From positions 1 through 62,792 of the forward strand of contig JAJYFR010000005.1 of the NCBI GenBank assembly GCA_021785355.1: a stretch of 62,792 nucleotides of DNA, read 5' to 3'. A model generated the notes under the pieces. It was not told where the DNA came from and did no database searches. It saw only the letters and a list, made by a program, of their open reading frames with translations. The position numbers were made by a program, and so were the translations under genes. Shown in pieces: positions 57,469 to 62,792 of the stretch (position 1 is its first letter; each line of letters starts with the position of its first letter). Source of the stretch: a bacterium. GTDB taxonomy: Bacteria > Patescibacteriota > Dojkabacteria > JAKAPS01 > JAJZLI01.

Positions 57469-58698
57469 ATGCAAAGATATTCACAATTATTTGGAAAGAC
57501 AAATAGAGAATCAAAAAATTTTGAATCTTTAAATGCAACATTACTTCAAAAAGCCGGGTTTATAAATCAAGAAATGGCTGGAGTATATAACTTTTTACCA
57601 TTAGGATTAAGAGTTTTAAATAAAATAGAAAATATAGTAAGAAAAGAAATGTTAAAAATTTCTAATGAAGTATTACTCCCTTCTTTGTCTCCAAAAGATT
57701 ATTGGGAAACTACTAAAAGAATAGATAAAATTGATATATTAATGCAAACTATAGGAGCTAATGATCTTTCTTCTAAAAAAAATACTTCCTCATATATTCT
57801 AAATCCTACTCATGAAGAAATAATAACACCCCTTGTAAAAGAATATATATCTAGCTATAAAGATCTACCTTTAGCACTTTTTCAAATACAAACAAAATTT
57901 AGAAATGAAGCTAGAGCAAAATCAGGACTTCTTAGAGGAAGAGAATTTAGAATGAAAGATTTATATAGTTTTCATATTTCTTTAGAAGATTTAGAAGATT
58001 ATTATGAAAAAGTAAAACAAAGTTACTTTAATATATTTGAAGAATTAGGTCTAAAAGATAGTACAATACTAGTAAAAGCTTCCGGTGGAGATTTTACAAA
58101 AGATTACTCTGACGAATTTCAAATTATCTGTGAGAATGGAGAAGATATAGTTTTTCTAGATAAGAAAACTAATACATATTACAATAAAGAGATTGCTAAA
58201 AAAGAAATAATAAATGATGGAATAAAAGTGTCAGAAGCTGGAAATATTTTTATACTTGGAGAAAAATTTTCAAAAGATTTCAACTTTACACTTAAAGATA
58301 AAAATAATAAAGATATTAATATATTTATGGGATGTTATGGTATAGGTACAAGTAGGATAATGGGGATTATTGCAGAAAAATTTAATGATGATAATGGATT
58401 AATTTGGCCAGAAAATATATCTCCTTATGATTATCATATAATATCTCAATCTGAAGATTTAGAGACAGAGACAAAAAAAATAATAGAACAAATTGAAAAA
58501 AAAGGGAAAACTGTACTCTGGGATGATAGAACAGATATTCATATGGGAGAAAAATTATCTGATGCAGATTTAATTGGAATTTCTAAAAGAATCGTTATAT
58601 CAAAAAGAAGCTTAGAGAAAGGAGGAGTAGAGATAAAACAAAGGAATAGCTTTGATACAAAAATAATGACATTTAAAGAATTTGCAAACTCTATTTAA
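57469..58698 (+). CDS. proS: Proline--tRNA ligase (short form, no INS editing domain)
   Basis: A bacterial-type N-terminus, motif 2 FRNEARAKSGLLRGREFRMKDLYSFH and motif 3 GCYGIGTSRIMG. At 409 aa there is no room for a full INS domain. Confidence 0.85.
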   Translation: MQRYSQLFGKTNRESKNFESLNATLLQKAGFINQEMAGVYNFLPLGLRVLNKIENIVRKEMLKISNEVLLPSLSPKDYWETTKRIDKIDILMQTIGANDLSSKKNTSSYILNPTHEEIITPLVKEYISSYKDLPLALFQIQTKFRNEARAKSGLLRGREFRMKDLYSFHISLEDLEDYYEKVKQSYFNIFEELGLKDSTILVKASGGDFTKDYSDEFQIICENGEDIVFLDKKTNTYYNKEIAKKEIINDGIKVSEAGNIFILGEKFSKDFNFTLKDKNNKDINIFMGCYGIGTSRIMGIIAEKFNDDNGLIWPENISPYDYHIISQSEDLETETKKIIEQIEKKGKTVLWDDRTDIHMGEKLSDADLIGISKRIVISKRSLEKGGVEIKQRNSFDTKIMTFKEFANSI

Positions 58699-60037
58699 TT
58701 AAAGACTCTACCTCTTTTAACTTTTCCTCAAAAATATCCTTTGATCTTGTCTCCAAATTCAACCTTATTAGAGGCTCAGTATTCGAACCTCTAAGATTAA
58801 ATCTCCAATTATCAAATTCTATAGAAACTCCATCAAAATGAGATATTTTGACTCCGGACATATCTTTATAAAAATTCTCAATTCTTTCTAAATTTTCATC
58901 AATACTATTAACTGTATAATTGATTTCAGGAGTAACTGTATAAGTATTCCTATAATAATCGAGTAGAGAAGAGAGCTTTTCTTTATTTATAGATAATAAT
59001 TCCAAAACCATTAATAAGGGAATCATACCATTATCTGAATAATAATTTTTCTTAAAATAGAAATGTGCAGAAATTTCTCCTCCAAATAAAGCATCCTCTT
59101 CTTTCATTTTTTTTGCTACAAACGAATGACCTGTTTTTGAAAGTATAGATATTCCCCCTAAAGATTCTACAGTTTCATCTACTGCCCAAGTAAGCTGAGG
59201 AGAATGCACTATTTTTGCACCTTTATTCTTCATTAAAATATTCTTAGCCAATATTGCTGTCATAAAGTATCCAGACGTATATCCACCTTTCTCATCTACA
59301 AACATACATCTGTCCGCATCCCCATCAAAAGCAACTCCTAAATCTGCACCAACTTCTACTATTTTTTCTTCTAAATCTAATACATTCTTCTCATCCATTG
59401 GATTTGCAGGATGATTAGGAAAATTTTCATCTGGCTCAAAATATAAAGGCACTAGAGTACAATTCAAATGTTTAAATATAGCCTCAACTATGTATCCTGC
59501 AACTCCATTTCCTGCATCTATTACAACCTTAAGATTTTCAATCTTATCCTTGTCAACAAAAGAAAGAACATGCTTTATATAATCATCTAAAATATCTTTA
59601 TTATCTAAAGAATAAGTTTCTGGAAGATCTAATTTATTATCAATATTCTTTTTTACTAAATCTCTAATATCCTGTATACCATCATCAATACTTATTGGCT
59701 CACCTTCTTTAACAAGTTTCAATCCATTATATTCTTTTGGATTATGAGAAGCTGTAATTTGAGCACCACCATCAAAATCATAAAAACCTGAAGCAAAATA
59801 CATCATATCTGTAGAAATAATACCTATATCTGTTACTTTTGCCCCAGCAAGTACAGCTCCTTTAACAAAAGAATCAAATAGAGAAGGGGATGAACTTCTT
59901 ATATCTCTTCCTACACAAATATTTTTAAGATTAAAAAATTTAACATAATAATATCCTATTTTTGAAACTAGAGCCTCATTTATTGAGGTAGGATATATAC
60001 CTCTGATATCATATGCTTTGAATATACTCTCATCCAT
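58691..60037 (-). CDS. Phosphomannomutase/phosphoglucomutase
   Basis: FKAYDIRG, phosphoserine loop TASHNP and metal loop FDGDADR. I prefer the start at 60037 (MDESIFKAYDIRG); the ORF opens at 60058. Confidence 0.88.
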   Translation of the reverse strand: MDESIFKAYDIRGIYPTSINEALVSKIGYYYVKFFNLKNICVGRDIRSSSPSLFDSFVKGAVLAGAKVTDIGIISTDMMYFASGFYDFDGGAQITASHNPKEYNGLKLVKEGEPISIDDGIQDIRDLVKKNIDNKLDLPETYSLDNKDILDDYIKHVLSFVDKDKIENLKVVIDAGNGVAGYIVEAIFKHLNCTLVPLYFEPDENFPNHPANPMDEKNVLDLEEKIVEVGADLGVAFDGDADRCMFVDEKGGYTSGYFMTAILAKNILMKNKGAKIVHSPQLTWAVDETVESLGGISILSKTGHSFVAKKMKEEDALFGGEISAHFYFKKNYYSDNGMIPLLMVLELLSINKEKLSSLLDYYRNTYTVTPEINYTVNSIDENLERIENFYKDMSGVKISHFDGVSIEFDNWRFNLRGSNTEPLIRLNLETRSKDIFEEKLKEVESLIK

Positions 60038-60154
60038 ATAAATATAAGTATACAGCATCTTTTAATTTTTGTCAGGAGAAGAAACTAAAACACTCATTAT
60101 TTTTTTATTATTTAACAAATAATATATTACTGTAAATAAATATTCTTTAACTAA

Positions 60155-62050
60155 TTATGATAAATTTAGCTTATCAAAAATAAAAACAAAAATATTAATA
60201 CCTTCTTCAAATGATAATAATTTAGTTGCTTCAGGAGTGTGGTCTTCAAATTTATTAAAATGTATTAAATAAGATGATTCTTTTGAAAGTTTTTTTATAA
60301 ACATAAAAGAATGATAAGGAGGAACAGTTTTATCTTTTAGATTTACAATAAATAATATATCAGGATATTTTATATTACTTACTACATTATAAAGAGGGTT
60401 CCATTTCATTATTGTCTTAATATTTCTTTTATCCAAATCTCCATACTCATTCTTGTTAAAATAGGAATGTGATTTTTCAAAAATATCTACAACAGGAGAT
60501 TTACTTATTATAGCTTTATATATCTTAGGTCTTTTTATCATTGCAGCTAAACTCATCATACCTCCATTACTTTCCCCCTTAAGAATAATATTGTTTTTAT
60601 CAGTATATTTCTTTTCTATTAAATATTCTGTGCATTTAATAATATCTTCAATCGTTTTATTTCTATCTATACTTTTTCTGTACCTACTCTCTATATCTCC
60701 ATCTCCTCTTAAAGATGCTTTTACATAAATTCCACCTTTGTTTAAAAATAATAAATATTCTTGAAAAAAATTAAATTCCATTTTTTTATTATACCCTCCA
60801 TATATATCTAATATTAAAGGAGACCTAATATTTAATTTTGTATTTTTGTTATATATCAAAATTACAGGAATCTTGAAATTATCAGTTGATAGAATGTATA
60901 TCTTTTTAATTTTATATAAAGAACTTGTATATTTTTTTGTTACAGAAGTTTCATGATTTAATACAAATCTACCTTTATCTATATAATATTTATATATTTT
61001 TTTGGGAGTAAATAAATTATCTACAGTAATATAAATAATATTATTTTTAATATTAGATCTAAGATATATATTTTTGAATTTTAAATCTATTTCTTTTTTA
61101 GATATATACTCTCCTTTGTGATTGAAAATTATTATAGATCTTTTAAAATTAGAATATGCTACAACTGATATATAATCTTTAGAAATTACTGCATCCTCTA
61201 TTTCATAATTCTTTACTTTTATAATAGGAATCATTTTAATATCTGAAGATATAACTATTTTAGATATAGAAGAGTTCTTCTTATCAAAGGTTAATAATAT
61301 ATATGTATTTTTCTCTCCATTAAGAATTTTATACTGCCAAGGAAGATTTCTAAATAATAACTTAATTTTAGATTTAGGATCATTTAAATTCTTATAACTT
61401 AAAACTTTAGAATTATTTAGACCATGTTCTATAAAAAGTATATTTTGAGATATATTTATATCAAAAATTAATAAATCTTTCGGGATCTTACATATTTTAA
61501 TCTCTTCATCTTTTATAAGAGATCTTGAATATAAGAATTTGTTTTTATTTGGTGTATATTGTATATAATATAGCCTGTTTTCATAAAATGTACTCCACAT
61601 ATATACAACCATATCAATAGTTTGCTCTAATTTCCCACTTTGAAGATCATATATAAAAAGTAAAATATCTTTTTTAGAATAGGTAAAAATAGCAATTTTT
61701 TCTAGATCTTCTAAGATATCATATCTTTTTATAAATTTATACTCACCTTTTGATAGATCTACTAGTCTTTTAGGTTCATTCTTTTTGTATTGAGAAACAA
61801 TATAAATAGATCCTTTTTTAGATTCAAACCATATTTTAAAATTTTTAAATGAATAAAAATTATATTTTATATGATTTTTCTTAGGATATATATTTAATAG
61901 CTCTTTGCGAATAACTGTATATAAATCTTTATTTTTATCTAAATATTTTTTTAATTTATAATCTTCTCTTTTTATAAAAGATTTAGTTTTTGAATTTCTT
62001 AAATCCTTTAAATATGAATACTTATATAAATTATCTTTTCTTTCTAACAT
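60155..62050 (-). CDS. Prolyl oligopeptidase (S9) family serine peptidase
   Basis: 631 aa. The N-terminal ~400 aa is beta-propeller-like. The C-terminal alpha/beta hydrolase domain has GESNGGMM (GxSxGG nucleophile elbow). Confidence 0.75.
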   Translation of the reverse strand: MLERKDNLYKYSYLKDLRNSKTKSFIKREDYKLKKYLDKNKDLYTVIRKELLNIYPKKNHIKYNFYSFKNFKIWFESKKGSIYIVSQYKKNEPKRLVDLSKGEYKFIKRYDILEDLEKIAIFTYSKKDILLFIYDLQSGKLEQTIDMVVYMWSTFYENRLYYIQYTPNKNKFLYSRSLIKDEEIKICKIPKDLLIFDINISQNILFIEHGLNNSKVLSYKNLNDPKSKIKLLFRNLPWQYKILNGEKNTYILLTFDKKNSSISKIVISSDIKMIPIIKVKNYEIEDAVISKDYISVVAYSNFKRSIIIFNHKGEYISKKEIDLKFKNIYLRSNIKNNIIYITVDNLFTPKKIYKYYIDKGRFVLNHETSVTKKYTSSLYKIKKIYILSTDNFKIPVILIYNKNTKLNIRSPLILDIYGGYNKKMEFNFFQEYLLFLNKGGIYVKASLRGDGDIESRYRKSIDRNKTIEDIIKCTEYLIEKKYTDKNNIILKGESNGGMMSLAAMIKRPKIYKAIISKSPVVDIFEKSHSYFNKNEYGDLDKRNIKTIMKWNPLYNVVSNIKYPDILFIVNLKDKTVPPYHSFMFIKKLSKESSYLIHFNKFEDHTPEATKLLSFEEGINIFVFIFDKLNLS

Positions 62051-62093
62051 TCTAAATAATAGAATAAATTATTTATATTTTAAATGAGGAGTA

Positions 62094-62147
62094 GGTGGGA
62101 GAAATATTTTTGTATATTTAATATATACAAAGAATACACTCCCAGCC
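62094..62147 (-). terminator. Compound hairpin between the 44-aa ORF and the S9 peptidase gene (terminator or attenuator candidate)
   Basis: The inner 9-bp perfect stem is TTTGTATAT/ATATACAAA with a 5-nt loop. The outer stem is TGGGAG/CTCCCA. The trailing sequence on the minus strand is only moderately T-rich. Confidence 0.45.
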
Positions 62148-62168
62148 TTACCCAGAAAAACTCTTCTT

Positions 62169-62303
62169 CTAATCGTTATCAGAGATATTAATTATAATTA
62201 CAGAACCAGGTTCACCTACTTCAAGAGCATATTCTTTTCCTTTTTCGACTTTCCTTTCAACTGCTTCTTTGATAACTTTCTTATCATCATCACTCCAAGC
62301 CAT
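62169..62303 (-). CDS. Small 44-aa ORF with near-perfect Shine-Dalgarno (absent from the ORF track)
   Basis: The minus strand reads GAAAGGAGGTGAAATAG-ATG. The translation is MAWSDDDKKVIKEAVERKVEKGKEYALEVGEPGSVIIINISDND*. Confidence 0.6.
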   Translation of the reverse strand: MAWSDDDKKVIKEAVERKVEKGKEYALEVGEPGSVIIINISDND

Positions 62304-62456
62304 CTATTTCACCTCCTTTCTAAAGAGATTTATATAGATCTAACTAAATTTTTTAGAAGAGCTAACTTAAAGAAAGCTTTTCTTATTATAAATCTAATAA
62401 GATACACCTATGCATTAAATTGATTTTTATGATATCAAATTAATTATTTTTATGCA

Positions 62457-62472
62457 TTGCTATGCATAGCAA
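62457..62472. promoter_or_regulatory. 16-bp perfect palindrome (operator candidate)
   Basis: TTGCTATGCATAGCAA. Two further ATGCAT cores occur nearby at about 62411 and 62452. Confidence 0.45.
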
Positions 62473-62539
62473 ATTGAGAGATTAATACTATAATAAAATT
62501 GAATAAATTATAATCTGTTATTTAAAAATAGACTTTTTA

Positions 62540-62569
62540 TTGACGCTATTTAAATTTTCAAAGTATAAT
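62540..62569 (+). promoter_or_regulatory. Sigma-70-like promoter candidate
   Basis: TTGACG-N18-TATAAT. Any transcript would run through the tRNA-like fragment toward the partial CDS at 62739. Confidence 0.45.
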
Positions 62570-62673
62570 ATATATATGTATGATATAAAAATAATAGGAG
62601 ATACAAAATTTAAAGATAATACAAAAAAGTTGAGAGTATCCCATCACATCAAGGAACAATCTTTCGATTCATC

Positions 62674-62696
62674 AGGGTTCGAATCCATCATCCCCA
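62674..62696 (+). other. tRNA 3'-end-like fragment (T-loop plus acceptor-like tail), not an intact tRNA
   Basis: AGGGTTCGAATCCATCATCCCCA contains the canonical GGTTCGAATCC T-loop box. The T-stem does not pair fully (CAGGG vs CCATC) and there is no complementary 5' acceptor, D arm or anticodon arm upstream. Confidence 0.5.
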
Positions 62697-62738
62697 GGAA
62701 TTATAATGAGTTTATATTTCTGATATACTTTAAATGTT

Positions 62739-62792
62739 ATGGATGAATCAGAAATTGCAAAACAGTTCATAAAGAAGAATAAACAACTTTTG
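62739..62792 (+). CDS. Partial CDS (N-terminus only; continues beyond the window)
   Basis: An ATG at 62739 opens a frame reading MDESEIAKQFIKKNKQLL. There is too little sequence to classify. Confidence 0.35.
   Translation, partial: MDESEIAKQFIKKNKQLL

Noticed and set aside
62620-62700. A possible intact tRNA gene around the GGTTCGAATCC box.
   Set aside because: The T-stem pairs at only 3 of 5 positions. No 5' acceptor strand complementary to ATCCCCA or CATCCCC lies upstream, and no D arm or anticodon arm can be drawn. I have reported it only as a fragment.
62540-62746. 68-aa ORF from the ORF track.
   Set aside because: It starts at a TTG that is itself the -35 of a promoter-like element, has no SD, and runs through the tRNA-like fragment. 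It is unlikely to be coding.
1-62792. Alternative genetic code (UGA read as Gly or Trp, as in some candidate phyla and mollicutes).
   Set aside because: TGA terminates several well-delimited genes at family-consistent lengths, often as ATGA overlaps (for example 13053-13055 and 1962-1964). No conserved protein appears split at an in-frame TGA.
1-62792. CRISPR arrays, rRNA genes, and transposase, integrase or phage structural genes.
   Set aside because: I saw no regularly spaced direct repeats, no rRNA-like GC-richer tracts and no recognisable recombinase motifs in any ORF. The only repeats found are those reported: 115/1012, 21178/21982 and the promoter motif.

Overview
The window is a very AT-rich, densely packed bacterial chromosomal segment of about 75 CDS. 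Many starts and stops overlap in the ATGA style. TGA is used as a stop, so the standard genetic code applies. The small, streamlined proteins suggest a reduced-genome, CPR/Patescibacteria-like organism, but that is inference only. I found no rRNA, no intact tRNA, no CRISPR array and no transposase or integrase.

Recognisable gene content:
- Efflux: a MacAB/HlyD-type ABC efflux operon.
- Sulfation and acylation locus: bifunctional ATP sulfurylase/APS kinase, a sulfotransferase, an adenylate-forming enzyme, two paralogous acyltransferase-3 proteins and an ATP-grasp ligase.
- Toxin-antitoxin: a VapBC module and a partial HicA.
- Oxidative stress: HxlR, FMN reductase, nickel SOD (SodN) and its protease SodX.
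- DNA repair: xth, nth and xseAB.
- tRNA modification: an Elp3-type radical-SAM/GNAT enzyme divergently paired with a Trm9-like methyltransferase.
- Regulation: an ECF sigma operon.
- Glycogen: a GalT-like / GlgA / GH57 / GH57 / GlgA operon.
- Housekeeping: lysS, proS, trxB and a phosphohexomutase.
- Proteolysis: an S9 prolyl-oligopeptidase-family protein.

The strongest signal I can read directly is a 28-nt ECF-type promoter architecture, TGAAAC-N17-TGTAT. It occurs five times, always in intergenic DNA 14-42 nt upstream of a start codon, and twice as back-to-back pairs built on an ATGTTTCA...TGAAACAT palindrome. It links the ECF sigma operon, three paralogous membrane-anchored proteins, the efflux operon and both arms of the sulfation locus into one candidate envelope-remodelling regulon.

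Other notable items:
- An 86-nt direct repeat brackets the VapBC cassette.
- A strongly translated 44-aa ORF lies upstream of the S9 peptidase.
- tRNA-3'-end-like remnants are present.
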